Assembly (NCBI GenBank): GCA_017962965.1
Contig: JAGCUI010000057.1
Span: forward strand, 451 to 64,450
Source: Treponema sp.
GTDB lineage: Bacteria; Spirochaetota; Spirochaetia; Treponematales; Treponemataceae
DNA length: 64,000 nt
Direction: 5' to 3'
Position 1 is the first letter of the stretch. Each line of letters begins with the position of its first letter. The position numbers and the translations under genes were made by a program. The notes below the pieces were generated by a model. That model did not search any database. It saw only the letters and a program-made list of their open reading frames with translations, and was not told where the DNA came from. Shown here piece after piece: positions 18,192 through 28,883 of this stretch.

Positions 18192-19679
18192 TTAAAGAAT
18201 ATATCTTGATAAATCCTGGCTCTTTGTAATGTCAGAAAGCTTTTCTTCTACGTAAGCCGCATCTACCTTGATTGTTTCGCCCTTGTGCTCGTCTGCTTCA
18301 AAGTTGATGTCCGACAAAACCTTTTCCATGATTGTATGGAGACGGCGTGCACCGATGTTTTCTGCAGTTTTATTTACTTCTTCTGCTATTGAACCCATCT
18401 TTTCGATTGCGTCTTTTGTAATATCAAGAGTAACGCCTTCTGTAGAAAGCAAAGAAGAATACTGCATAATAAGGCTGTTTTTTGGTTCCTGTAAAATGCG
18501 GATAAAATCTTCTTTGTGAAGTGAATCAAGCTCTACTCTGAGCGGGAAACGTCCCTGAAGCTCCGGAATCAAATCGCTTGGAGCGGCAACAGAGAATGCA
18601 CCGGCTGCAATAAAGAGAATGTGAGTTGTATCGATTACACCCCATTTTGTATTAACGTTACTTCCTTCAACAATCGGAAGAATATCTCTTTGAACACCTT
18701 CACGGCTTACATCCTGACCATGAGAATCTCCGCGTACGGCAATTTTGTCAATTTCGTCTATAAAGATGATTCCGCTCTGTTCTACCCTCTTTTTAGCTTC
18801 ATCAATAACCTTGTCCTGGTCTATCATGTTTTCGAGGGTTTCTTCGGTTAAGATTTTTCTTGCTTCACGAACTGTTACCGAGCGTTTTTTGCTTTTTGAA
18901 CCGCCGTTAATCATGTTCATAATTCCCTGAACACCGCTTTGAATATCGTCGAGGGAGCCTGTAATAATTTCCATGCTTGGCATTGGAGCGGCTTTATGAA
19001 CTACCATCTCTACTTCGCGGTCTTCGAGCTTTCCTTCGCGGAGCATCTGGCGGAATTTTTCTCTTGTAGAATTTTCTTCTTTTGGAGCTTCATTATTCTG
19101 AGAAGCCTGTTCGTTTTCTTTTTGAACTTCTGCTGCAATTTTATTTAAATCAAAGGTAATTTCGTTCGGACCGCTCTGAGTTAAAAATCCCTGAGGCATT
19201 GAGTCTGATTTTTCTTCTTTTTTAGCCTTTGATTTGTCTTCGCGTGAACCCGGCAACAAAAGATCCAAAAGCTTTTCTTCTACGCTAGCAAGAGGCTTAT
19301 CTCGAAGCTTATCTTCCATTTCTGCCTTTACGTCCTTAATTCCAACAGACATAAGGTCACGAACCATGCTTTCTACATCGCGGCCAACGTATCCAACTTC
19401 TGTATATTTTGTAGCTTCAACTTTTAAAAACGGAGCACCACAGAGCTTTGCAAGACGGCGGGCAATTTCAGTTTTACCACAGCCTGTTGGTCCAATCATC
19501 AAAATATTTTTTGGAGCAACTTCATCGCGGATATTTTCATCAAGCTTTAATCTTCTGAATCTGTTTCTTAAAGCAACCGCAACGGCTTTTTTTGCTTCCT
19601 TCTGCCCGATAATGTACTGATCAAGTCTTTCTACAATCTGTTTTGGTGTAAGTGTTTCGTTTTCCATAAGTTTTTCCAT
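18192..19679 (-). CDS. hslU: ATP-dependent protease ATPase subunit HslU
   Basis: PKNILMIGPTGCGKTEIARR, GYVGRDVES, IFIDEIDK, NIGARRL. Confidence 0.98.
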   Translation of the reverse strand: MEKLMENETLTPKQIVERLDQYIIGQKEAKKAVAVALRNRFRRLKLDENIRDEVAPKNILMIGPTGCGKTEIARRLAKLCGAPFLKVEATKYTEVGYVGRDVESMVRDLMSVGIKDVKAEMEDKLRDKPLASVEEKLLDLLLPGSREDKSKAKKEEKSDSMPQGFLTQSGPNEITFDLNKIAAEVQKENEQASQNNEAPKEENSTREKFRQMLREGKLEDREVEMVVHKAAPMPSMEIITGSLDDIQSGVQGIMNMINGGSKSKKRSVTVREARKILTEETLENMIDQDKVIDEAKKRVEQSGIIFIDEIDKIAVRGDSHGQDVSREGVQRDILPIVEGSNVNTKWGVIDTTHILFIAAGAFSVAAPSDLIPELQGRFPLRVELDSLHKEDFIRILQEPKNSLIMQYSSLLSTEGVTLDITKDAIEKMGSIAEEVNKTAENIGARRLHTIMEKVLSDINFEADEHKGETIKVDAAYVEEKLSDITKSQDLSRYIL

Positions 19680-19715
19680 CTAAAATCTATTCAAAGTCTA
19701 AATCTAAATCTAAGT

Positions 19716-20258
19716 CTATTCGAGAGTTTCTACAGTAATATTTTCGTTTGTATAAATACAGATATTTCCTGCAATGTGAAGTGATTTTTCTACAATCTCT
19801 TTTGCACACAAATTAGAGCAGTCTAAATATGCAAGGGCTGCAGAATAAGCGTAATTTCCGCCAGAGCCGATTGCAATTGCATCCTTTTCCGGTTCAATTA
19901 CGTTTCCGTCTCCGCTGATTAACAAAATCTTATTTTTGTCTGCAACTAAAAGCATTGCTTCGAGTTTCTGTAAGTTTCTTTCTGTTCTCCATGCCTTGGC
20001 AAGTTCAACTGCAGATCTCATGATGTCTCCGGAGTATTCCTTTACCTTTTCTTCAAAACGGTCTAAAAGTGTAAATGCATCTGCGACAGAACCTGCAAAT
20101 CCTGTTAAAATTTTTCCGTCGTAAATCTTACGAACCTTGCGTGAATTTCCCTTGCAAACTGTATCGCCCAAAGTACACTGTCCGTCTCCGGCCATTGCAA
20201 CCTTTCCATCACGTTTTACAGCCAGGATTGTTGTGCTTCTGATTTTAGTTTTAGACAT
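19716..20258 (-). CDS. hslV: ATP-dependent protease subunit HslV
   Basis: [30 protein letters not shown]. Confidence 0.98.
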   Translation of the reverse strand: MSKTKIRSTTILAVKRDGKVAMAGDGQCTLGDTVCKGNSRKVRKIYDGKILTGFAGSVADAFTLLDRFEEKVKEYSGDIMRSAVELAKAWRTERNLQKLEAMLLVADKNKILLISGDGNVIEPEKDAIAIGSGGNYAYSAALAYLDCSNLCAKEIVEKSLHIAGNICIYTNENITVETLE

Positions 20259-20339
20259 AGAGCCCCCAAAATTAATAAACTATAATAAATATAATAAATA
20301 TAAATTAAGTCGACAACAAAAAAGAGAAAGAAATTTCAA

Positions 20340-21233
20340 TTAACCGTGGGGATGTGCGTTTTTATAAACTTCTATGAGTTTTTCTGTGGTGATGTGAGTA
20401 TATCTTTGTGTTGTAGAAATTGAACTGTGGCCAAGCATTTCCTGAACAAGGCGAACATCAGCCCCGTTAGAAAGCATCTGTGTGGCAAAGGTGTGACGGA
20501 ATGCATGAGGATTAATATGATGATTTGTTCCTTCCACGCCTGAGTATCGGCTCAAAATATAACGGATTCCGCCTGTTGTTAATTCAGTTCCCTTTTGATT
20601 TATAAATAAATAAGGAGTATCTTTTTTTACGTTTCTTAAAACATTCTGTCTGTCGCTTAAATACTGTGCCAAAGCTATTCTTGCATCATCTTCGAAAAAT
20701 ACCCTTCTCTGCTTGTTACCCTTTCCAGTTACAATTGCACAGTGGTAGTTATCCATAAAATCACAAAGCTTAAGTCCTGCAATTTCACTTACACGGCAGC
20801 CCGAAGAATATAAAAATTCAAATAAGCATCTGTCCCTTTTCTGCCATAAAAGCTCTTTTTTTACAGGCTCCGAGCATAATTCATCAACCTCTGCGCTTGT
20901 CATAAAATTTGGAATCTTTTTTGGAAGCTTTACGGTTTTTACTTCTAAGGCAGGATTTACATCAACATAATTAAATTTAAGGGCATATGAAAATAAAGAA
21001 CGAACTGCAGAAATAAAGCGATTAACTGTTGCACTTGATTTTTTCTGCTTTGAAAGCTGACCTATGCACAATAAAATATTTTCTTTTGTAACTGAATTTA
21101 CGTCGATTGAAGGAGTTAAAAAATTCTGAAATTCCAGAAGGTCGTTTTTATAACCTTCTACTGTGTTTTGAGAAAGGCCCCTCACTGCCGAAAGATATAA
21201 TAAAAATTCATCACATAAAGCATTCAGAATCAT
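20340..21233 (-). CDS. xerC: Tyrosine recombinase, XerC-like
   Basis: GCRVSE, GKGNKQR, HAFRHTFAT, LGHSSISTTQRY; conserved topA-xerC-hslVU context. Confidence 0.85.
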   Translation of the reverse strand: MILNALCDEFLLYLSAVRGLSQNTVEGYKNDLLEFQNFLTPSIDVNSVTKENILLCIGQLSKQKKSSATVNRFISAVRSLFSYALKFNYVDVNPALEVKTVKLPKKIPNFMTSAEVDELCSEPVKKELLWQKRDRCLFEFLYSSGCRVSEIAGLKLCDFMDNYHCAIVTGKGNKQRRVFFEDDARIALAQYLSDRQNVLRNVKKDTPYLFINQKGTELTTGGIRYILSRYSGVEGTNHHINPHAFRHTFATQMLSNGADVRLVQEMLGHSSISTTQRYTHITTEKLIEVYKNAHPHG

Positions 21234-21258
21234 ATTATATTTATCGGCAGTTAGTTAT

Positions 21259-23406
21259 TTATTCATCACTTTCTGCTCTTACATCCTGTGCTTCTTCTTC
21301 TGTGGTTGAATGTAAGTAGTCGCAGTCCGGATTGATACAAGCCTTGTAGCTTCCGTTCTTTTTGTCGAACTTTTCTACCATGAACCAGCCGCATTTTGGA
21401 CAGTACTGGTCAATCGGTTTAAAGTGAGAAATGAATGTACAGGTAGGGTAATTTGTACAACCGTAGAACGATTTTCCCCTTCCCTTTGTTTTTCTTTCAA
21501 CAATTTCTCCGCCGCAGTCTTTGCATGGACATTTTGCAAGAGGAATTGATTTTGTATTATGACACTCAGGGAAGCCCGAACATGCAAGGAAGAAGCCGAA
21601 GCGTCCAAGTTTTTTAACCATTGGTTTTCCACAAAGCTCGCAAACCTTGTCTGTTTCTTCGTCGAGGAAGCCCTTAATGCTTTCCTGATTTTCCATAACC
21701 TCGTCTACGCGCTTTTTAAATCCTGTGTAAAAGTCGCCGATGATGTCGTTCCACACAAGCTTATCTTCTTCGATCTGGTCAAGTTCATTTTCTACCTGAG
21801 CTGTAAATTCTTCGTTAATAACTGCAGGGAAAGATTCAACTAAGATTTTATTAATCATTCTTCCAAGTTGAGTTGGAACAAGCTGTTTATTTGAGCGTGT
21901 TACATAATAGCGGTCCAGAAGAACGGAAATAATTGTTGCATAAGTTGAAGGGCGTCCTATTCCCTTTTCTTCGAGCATGCGTACGATTGAAGCATCTGTG
22001 TAACGTGCAGGTCCCTGAGTAAAGTGCTGTTCAGGGTGGAAGTTATTTACCTTTAATTCTTCTCCTTCTTTCATAGACGGAAGTGATGTTGATTTATCCT
22101 CTTTTGAAGAAAGGAGCTTGATTACCTGATAGAATCCCTTTTCTGCAATCTTACTTGCTGCTACACGGAATACAGCGTCTCCTGCAGTAATTTCTACAGA
22201 AGTTGTTACCATCTTTGCATTGTTCATCTGTGAAGAAACAAAGCGTTCCCAGATGATTGAGTAAAGACGGAACTGATCGTGAGAAAGATATTCTTTAATG
22301 CTTTCCGGTGTATATGTAACGTATGTAGGACGGATACCTTCGTGTGCGTCCTGTGCAGATTTTCCAACGGCATAGTGGATTGCTTCTGCCGGAAGTTCAT
22401 CAGGATAATTTTTCTGAAGGAAGTCGCGAACATCTGCAAGGGCTGTTTCTGAAATACGAACAGAGTCTGTACGCATATATGTAATCAAACCCACGTGGCT
22501 CTGACCAATCTGAATACCTTCGTAAAGCTGCTGTGCAATCTGCATTGTTTTTCTTGAGGTAAAACCTAATCTGTTAGCGGCCGCCTGCTGCAATTTTGAA
22601 GTTGTGAAAGGTGGTTTTGGGCGGACGGTCTTTTCAGTCTTTTTGATTGAAGAAACGGTGCATGGAGAGTTTTTAATTTTTTCCATGATTTCCTGAACTG
22701 CTTTTTCGCTCTTTAATTCAGGAGCTTCTCCAAGATATTTTACAAGCTGTGCTGTGAAAGAAGATTTTCCCTTTGTAAAGTCTGCATCGAGCGACCAGTA
22801 TTCTTCCGGTAAAAAGTCTTCTACTTCCTTTTCTCTTTCGCAGATAAGACGAAGTGCTACAGACTGAACGCGTCCGGCAGAAAGACCATTTTTTACTTTT
22901 ACCCACAAAAGAGGGCTCAGATTATAACCTACAAGACGGTCTAAAACACGGCGTGCCTTCTGAGCATTTACCTTTGCTTCTACAATTTCGCCAGGATGCT
23001 TTACTGCTTCTGTAATTGCAACCGGTGTAATTTCGTTGAAAACAATTCGGCTGATTTTTGCATCTGTTTTATCTTTTAAAGCATTGTTCAAATGCCATGC
23101 AATTGCTTCTCCTTCACGGTCGTTATCCGATGCAAGAAGGACAGCTTCTGATTTTTTTGCTTCCTTCTGAAGTTCCTTTAATAACTTTGCCTTACCGCGA
23201 ACTGTAATATATTCCGGCTGAAATCCATTCTCAATGTCGATTGCCATTCTTGATTTTGGAAGATCTATTAAGTGTCCCACAGAAGCGCGTACAACATAGC
23301 CCGGACCAAGATATTTTTCGATTGTGTGTGCCTTTGTAGGAGACTCTACAATTACCAGAGTCTGAGGAGTTTTTGCTTTTTTCTTAGTTGTCTTCTTTTC
23401 AGCCAT
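21259..23406 (-). CDS. topA: DNA topoisomerase I
   Basis: LVIVESPTKA, ASDNDREGE, SAGRVQS, ITYMRTDS, GIGRPSTY, C-terminal zinc ribbons. Confidence 0.98.
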   Translation of the reverse strand: MAEKKTTKKKAKTPQTLVIVESPTKAHTIEKYLGPGYVVRASVGHLIDLPKSRMAIDIENGFQPEYITVRGKAKLLKELQKEAKKSEAVLLASDNDREGEAIAWHLNNALKDKTDAKISRIVFNEITPVAITEAVKHPGEIVEAKVNAQKARRVLDRLVGYNLSPLLWVKVKNGLSAGRVQSVALRLICEREKEVEDFLPEEYWSLDADFTKGKSSFTAQLVKYLGEAPELKSEKAVQEIMEKIKNSPCTVSSIKKTEKTVRPKPPFTTSKLQQAAANRLGFTSRKTMQIAQQLYEGIQIGQSHVGLITYMRTDSVRISETALADVRDFLQKNYPDELPAEAIHYAVGKSAQDAHEGIRPTYVTYTPESIKEYLSHDQFRLYSIIWERFVSSQMNNAKMVTTSVEITAGDAVFRVAASKIAEKGFYQVIKLLSSKEDKSTSLPSMKEGEELKVNNFHPEQHFTQGPARYTDASIVRMLEEKGIGRPSTYATIISVLLDRYYVTRSNKQLVPTQLGRMINKILVESFPAVINEEFTAQVENELDQIEEDKLVWNDIIGDFYTGFKKRVDEVMENQESIKGFLDEETDKVCELCGKPMVKKLGRFGFFLACSGFPECHNTKSIPLAKCPCKDCGGEIVERKTKGRGKSFYGCTNYPTCTFISHFKPIDQYCPKCGWFMVEKFDKKNGSYKACINPDCDYLHSTTEEEAQDVRAESDE

Positions 23407-23418
23407 AAGCCATTCCTT

Positions 23419-24464
23419 TTATTCAAACAGATTGCCTTGAACGGGAGAGTTCTGAAAGCCCGGAGCCTCTGCCACAGCCTGGCAAAACTCTTTATACCCG
23501 TTTACTACCGGAGCACCCTGCAGGCAGAATTTTTCCGGAGTATTTTCAATCTTATATTTATTTACTTTACCACAAGCAAAATCTTTATCAAGTTTATTTT
23601 TTATAATACCTGAAATAAAGTCTGCATTGTCTGAAAAACATGCTGTGTGAAACATTAAATCGCGGTTATATTCCACTGCAAAATCTGCAGTAATGAGTGC
23701 ACCGCTTCCAACAGGAGCTTCTACAACTAAAGTTGCCATAGATAATCCTGCTATAATTCTGTTTCTGCCCACAAAATGCCATTTTTCAACCGGCACCCCG
23801 GGAGCATATTCACTTACCAGAAGTCCGCCGCTTTCGATAATCTGAGCTGCAAGCTTTTTATTCTGATAAGGAACTATTTCGTCCACACTGGAAGGAAGAA
23901 CTGCAACTGTTTTACCTTTTACAGCTGCATCGCCTTTTTCTACTGCATCATAATAAGCATTCAATGCTCCCCTATGTGCATAAGTATCGGCACCCCATGC
24001 AAGCCCGCTCACTACGTTACAGCCGTCGTTTACAGCCTCGTACGCAAAGTCCAGCGCTGCCTGCTTTCCTTCAGGACTTAATCTTCTGGTTCCAACTACC
24101 GAAACATTTTTTCCGCTAAGAAGCTTTATATCGCCCCTGCAAAAAAGAAGGTACGGATAATCCGGAATCTGTTTTAAAAGCTCAGGATACTCAGAATCTG
24201 TACAAAGTATTACCCTTATTTTAAGAGTATCACATATGTAAAGCGAAGCCTGAGCCAGTCTGAACGCTTCTTTAGCATCCCAGTTTTTTTTAAGATTAAG
24301 ACTCCTGTTAATCAGTTTTTCAATGTCATTTATAGAAAGTAATGCAAGAGAGCGAGCACTGTCAAGATTATTTGATAAATAAATTTTCTCTTTAACGGTT
24401 AAAAAAGTGATTCCCGCTAAAAAAATATGTAAGAGTAACTTATTTTGTGTTAAATCGGGTTCAT
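23419..24464 (-). pseudogene. dprA: DNA-processing protein DprA with 1-nt frameshift right after the start codon (or non-canonical start / sequencing error)
   Basis: The frame stays open from about 24483 to 23419 (YPELLKQIPDYPYLLFCRG, SVVGTR, VSGLAWGAD, RNRIIAGLS, SGALITA) with no in-frame ATG/GTG/TTG before 24012. The coupled ATG at 24464 reads MNPI*. Confidence 0.75.
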
Positions 24465-25195
24465 TAGTTTTCGTAGGCTTGACTCAAAACTTTTTGTTTG
24501 TTCTCCTCTGCAGTTTCTATTGTGGCCTTAACTTTGGATGTATCTATGATTAAATCATAGTATTGAAGTGCCATATCATACTGTTTTGTTAAGTAATAGC
24601 ATCTTGCAAGCACGAACATGGCATCTATATTTTTCTTATCAATTGCTAAAAGACGTTCAAGATAAGGAATTGCTGCCTGTGAATTATCCATCTGGTATGA
24701 ATAAAGAATTCCTATTCCCAAAAGCGCATAAACATATTTATCGTCTATGGCAAGGGCTTTTAAATATGCGTCTTCTGCCATCTGATAATAATTAATTCTT
24801 TTCTGGAGGTTACCCGAAGCATCAATATCTAAAGAAGCGTTTCCCAAAAAAGCAGCACATTCACCGGCATAAAAATACAAAACTGAATTGTCCGGTGTGA
24901 TTTCTAAAGCCTTCTGAAAATACTGCAATGCTGTACCATATTCTTTTTTGTCGAGCATTCTTGTTCCAAGCATTTTATACCAGATTGCAATCTGCATGTT
25001 TTTCTTCTGGATTTCTTCTATGTCGTCGTAATACTGGTCTATTGCAGCTTTGATTTCTTCTTCGCTCATAGGCTTTCCGCTGCTTTTTTCCATATTTTCT
25101 ATACGCTTTTTTAAGATTTTCTTTCCAGAATCCTTACAGCCGGTAAAAAGAGAAATACAGAATAATCCTAACAAAACAATTGCAATCTTTTTCAT
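24464..25195 (-). CDS. TPR-repeat lipoprotein
   Basis: Lipobox-like LFTGC; several TPR repeats; lies between xerD and dprA. Confidence 0.85.
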   Translation of the reverse strand: MKKIAIVLLGLFCISLFTGCKDSGKKILKKRIENMEKSSGKPMSEEEIKAAIDQYYDDIEEIQKKNMQIAIWYKMLGTRMLDKKEYGTALQYFQKALEITPDNSVLYFYAGECAAFLGNASLDIDASGNLQKRINYYQMAEDAYLKALAIDDKYVYALLGIGILYSYQMDNSQAAIPYLERLLAIDKKNIDAMFVLARCYYLTKQYDMALQYYDLIIDTSKVKATIETAEENKQKVLSQAYEN

Positions 25196-25217
25196 ATTAA
25201 TTCCTTAATTTAATATA

Positions 25218-26111
25218 CTACTTTTTTTCGTGACCGGGAAAATATTTTTCATGAACTTTTTTAAGCTGATTGTCCGTAACATGGGTATAAATCTGAGTTG
25301 TAGACAAATCCGAATGCCCTAAAAGCTCCTGAACAGAACGAAGATCTGCACCACCCGACAAAAGATGGGTTGCAAAAGAATGTCTGAGCGTATGAACCTT
25401 GGATTCAATTCCGCTTAGTGTTTCGAGCTGTTTAAATCTTTTCCACACTCCCTTTCGGGAAATCGGCTCTCCCCTGTAATTTACAAAAAGGTTTGGAACA
25501 TCTTTTCCCTTGGTAAGCTTCGGCCTAACCTCGTTTATATAATGAACGAGCTTTTCTTCTGCCCTTGAACCAAACGGAATCAATCTTTCCTTGTCGCCCT
25601 TTCCATGAACCAAAATTAATTTTTCGTTCAGATGGACGTTTGCTGTTTTTAAATCGCAGGCCTCGCTGATTCTAAGCCCACATGAATATATCAATTCAAA
25701 AAGAGTATCATCTCTCTGGCCGTTTAGAGTGGAGGTATCTATTGAACCAAGAAGAGAATCTACCTGTTCGATTGAAAGAACCTTTGGTAATGCACGGTTT
25801 GCCTTTGGTCTGTCTAATAAAAGCGCAATATTTTGTGTCCAGTAATTTTTTCTTACAAGATAGTCGCCAAAAGCACGCAGGGCAGAAATATCCTTTGCAA
25901 GAGTCATTTCCCCCGCACCCTCTGTCTGCCTCTGTACAAGATAGTACATAAGATCTTTGGAAGTAACTTCGCCTAATTTTTTCTGCGTCTGTTTAAGCCA
26001 GTTTAAAAATTCACCGGCCGAGATTTTATAAGTAAGCGAAGTCTGTTCTGCAACTCTTTTAACTAAGATTAAATCCGTATAAAAGAGTTCCAATAAACCG
26101 TCAATCGTCAA
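25218..26111 (-). CDS. xerD: Tyrosine recombinase, XerD-like
   Basis: GLRISE, GKGDKER, HTLRHSFATHLL, LGHSDLSTTQIYTHV. Confidence 0.87.
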   Translation of the reverse strand: MTIDGLLELFYTDLILVKRVAEQTSLTYKISAGEFLNWLKQTQKKLGEVTSKDLMYYLVQRQTEGAGEMTLAKDISALRAFGDYLVRKNYWTQNIALLLDRPKANRALPKVLSIEQVDSLLGSIDTSTLNGQRDDTLFELIYSCGLRISEACDLKTANVHLNEKLILVHGKGDKERLIPFGSRAEEKLVHYINEVRPKLTKGKDVPNLFVNYRGEPISRKGVWKRFKQLETLSGIESKVHTLRHSFATHLLSGGADLRSVQELLGHSDLSTTQIYTHVTDNQLKKVHEKYFPGHEKK

Positions 26112-26131
26112 ATCTTTTCAATCTCCGGTTA

Positions 26132-27550
26132 TCAGTCGTCTGTTAAGTTAATTGTGCGTCCAAAATCAGGGTTATTCCAGATTGCAGGCTTTGTGTAATC
26201 ATCAGGAGCAGCCTTGTAGCCCGAAGGAGGAGTTAAAGGTCTTCTTGACTGTGCCTGATGTAAGAAGGATGAATCATCCGAGTTATCTGCAAAGCTTTTT
26301 CCAAGGCTTCCCTCTTCATCATCTTTTCTATCTTCTTTTGGAGCATTCTTATTCATAAACGAATTAAAATCAGGAACAAAATTATCCTGTGTTAATTCTG
26401 ATGGCTGGTCCGGTGAAGAAAAAAGTGAATCCTGACGTGGAGATGGAGAAACATTGTTCAAAATATCCTTGAATTCATTTGGATTCATTACGCTTGGATC
26501 ATAATCTGAGCCCGAATCCTGGTCTGGGTCTGCAATTGATTTTTCGTAATTACTGTTGCTGTCGTCAAAACCTGTTGCAATTACTGTTACGCTGATTTTA
26601 TCTTCCATGTCCGGAGAAATAACCTGACCCCAGCAGAGATTAAGATTTTTAGAAGCAGAAGCAGTAACAATCTTACAGATTTCACCAATTTCGCTCATAG
26701 AAACCTGTTCCGAAGCACAGATATTAATGAGGATGTTCTTTGCACCGTCGATGTGTGAGTTTTCGAGCATTGGACTTGAAATTGCTCTTGTGGCAGCTTC
26801 AACTGCTTTATTTTCGCCCGAAGAAACACCAACACCCATAATGGCATTTCCCTGACCTTCCATTGTATTTTTAACATCTGCAAAGTCGATATTTACAACA
26901 CCAGGTTTTGTAATGATATCAGAAATACCCTGAACGCCCTGTCTTAAAACATCGTCTGCAATAAGGAAGGCTTGTGGGACCGGGGTATCTTTATCTACAA
27001 CTTTTAAAAGCTGCTCGTTAGGAATTACGATAAGTGAGTCTACTTTTCCGTGGAGTTTTTCAAGACCGGCTCTGGCCCTCTGCATTCTTACAGGACCTTC
27101 AAATTCAAAAGGAGTTGTTACAACACCAACTGTAAGGGCGCCGATTTCGCGTGCAATTTCTGCAACGATTGGAGCTGAACCTGTACCTGTTCCTCCACCC
27201 ATTCCTGCTGTAACAAAAACCATGTCTGCACCGGCAAGAACGTTTTTAATCATTTCCTTGTCTTCCTGAGCTGCCTGTTCACCAATTTCAGGGTGTCCGC
27301 CTGCTCCAAGACCCTTTGTTACCTTCTGTCCGATTGCAAGCTTTACAGGTGCTTTAGAATTTCCGAGTGCCTGTCTATCTGTATTTATAACTATGAAATC
27401 TACATTAGAAATATTTGTATCAATCATTCGGTTTACAGCGTTTGAACCGCCGCCGCCACATCCAACAACCTTGATTACAGTAGGGCTATCCGAACTGATG
27501 ATTTGTGAAGAATCAACATTACCTTCTTCTTCGACTATAGATAAATCCAT
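26132..27550 (-). CDS. ftsZ: Cell division protein FtsZ
   Basis: [29 protein letters not shown]. Confidence 0.98.
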   Translation of the reverse strand: MDLSIVEEEGNVDSSQIISSDSPTVIKVVGCGGGGSNAVNRMIDTNISNVDFIVINTDRQALGNSKAPVKLAIGQKVTKGLGAGGHPEIGEQAAQEDKEMIKNVLAGADMVFVTAGMGGGTGTGSAPIVAEIAREIGALTVGVVTTPFEFEGPVRMQRARAGLEKLHGKVDSLIVIPNEQLLKVVDKDTPVPQAFLIADDVLRQGVQGISDIITKPGVVNIDFADVKNTMEGQGNAIMGVGVSSGENKAVEAATRAISSPMLENSHIDGAKNILINICASEQVSMSEIGEICKIVTASASKNLNLCWGQVISPDMEDKISVTVIATGFDDSNSNYEKSIADPDQDSGSDYDPSVMNPNEFKDILNNVSPSPRQDSLFSSPDQPSELTQDNFVPDFNSFMNKNAPKEDRKDDEEGSLGKSFADNSDDSSFLHQAQSRRPLTPPSGYKAAPDDYTKPAIWNNPDFGRTINLTDD

Positions 27551-27598
27551 ATTTCCTCCCGTTTATGAATCACCTTAAACTATATTTACTATTCTAAA

Positions 27599-28867
27599 CT
27601 AAAAAAAGAAATCGCGCATCCTTTTTAAGATACTATCCTTTTCTTTTCCAGAAGAGCTTTGTTTTTTCTGTCTTGTTTTTGGATCGTTCATCTGCGGCAT
27701 AAGCTTGTTTGCTTCGATTAATCCAATTACTGTGGCAAAATCAGGACGACGATAATCTGACTGCTTACCGCCAAGATTGTCCGGAATACCGATTCTTACT
27801 GCAGATGTTTTAAACTTAGCCTGTGCAAGCTCTACAACACCAGGAAGCATTGCGCCTCCACCAGTAAGGATGATGTTTCCGGAAAGCTGTTTGATTTTAT
27901 CGTCTGTATTATTAATAATGGCTGTTTTTACCATTGAGAAAATCTGTTCCATTCTTGCCTGAATAATCTGACAAAGCTGAGATCTTGCCAAAAGTTCAGG
28001 AGCACGTCCGCCAATGCCAGGAAGAATAACATCCTCGTCATCTTCGCTCACACTTGGAAGCCAGCAGCAGCCCGATTCAATCTTGATTTTTTCTGCATTT
28101 GCAAAAGGGATTCCTGTTACAATACCGATGTCGTTTGTAACAAAGTTTCCTCCAACCGGAATACTTGCTGTGCTTACAGGAGCTCCGTGTATCAAAACAA
28201 TTACGTCTGTTGTTCCGGCTCCAAGGTCAATAATAATTGAACCAAGCTCAAGCTCGTCATCGTGACAAACCGACTGTGTCTGTGCAAGAGTTTTAAGCAT
28301 TACTCCGCCTAAAATATAATCTGCACGGAGCATGCACGATCTCATATTCTGAATGATTGTTTTAGAAGCTGTAACGATTAATACATCTGCTTCGAGTTTA
28401 TAGCCGAGACGGTTCAATGGAGCCTGAATACCAACTGAAACACCGTCTACAAGATAATTCTGTGGAATAACGTGGATTTTTTCGCGGTCTGCAGGAAAGT
28501 TCATGGCAGTGGCAATTTCGATTACCTTATCAATATCCTGTCTTGTAACTTCCCTTCTGTTGTTTTTGGAATTAACGTGGATTGGGACAACGCCTCTGGC
28601 ACTTTCGCTTTCTACAAGAGAGCCGCCTATAGCACAGATTACATAATCAACTAAGGTACCTGCAGCCTGTTCTACATCTTCGATTGTCTCTTTGATTGCA
28701 TCTTTTGCTTCTTCGATATTAACGATAACACCGTTTCTTAAACCGGCAGATTTTCTTGAAGATGTGGCAACTATTTCAAGTTTACCCTCTTCATTGATTT
28801 TTCCGATTGCCGCTTTAATTACATTGGAACCTATATCAAGTCCAACTATAGTTCTATCGTCGTTCAT
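27599..28867 (-). CDS. ftsA: Cell division protein FtsA
   Basis: VGLDIGS, DLGAGTTD, AEKIK, LTGGGA. Confidence 0.96.
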   Translation of the reverse strand: MNDDRTIVGLDIGSNVIKAAIGKINEEGKLEIVATSSRKSAGLRNGVIVNIEEAKDAIKETIEDVEQAAGTLVDYVICAIGGSLVESESARGVVPIHVNSKNNRREVTRQDIDKVIEIATAMNFPADREKIHVIPQNYLVDGVSVGIQAPLNRLGYKLEADVLIVTASKTIIQNMRSCMLRADYILGGVMLKTLAQTQSVCHDDELELGSIIIDLGAGTTDVIVLIHGAPVSTASIPVGGNFVTNDIGIVTGIPFANAEKIKIESGCCWLPSVSEDDEDVILPGIGGRAPELLARSQLCQIIQARMEQIFSMVKTAIINNTDDKIKQLSGNIILTGGGAMLPGVVELAQAKFKTSAVRIGIPDNLGGKQSDYRRPDFATVIGLIEANKLMPQMNDPKTRQKKQSSSGKEKDSILKRMRDFFF

Positions 28868-28883
28868 TCCCCAAACCCCTATA

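Noticed and set aside
20340-26111. Integrative element bounded by two tyrosine recombinases
   Set aside because: Both are Xer-type, the enclosed genes (topA, dprA, TPR) are core, and the order matches the usual Treponema arrangement; no att repeats or convincing dif site were found.
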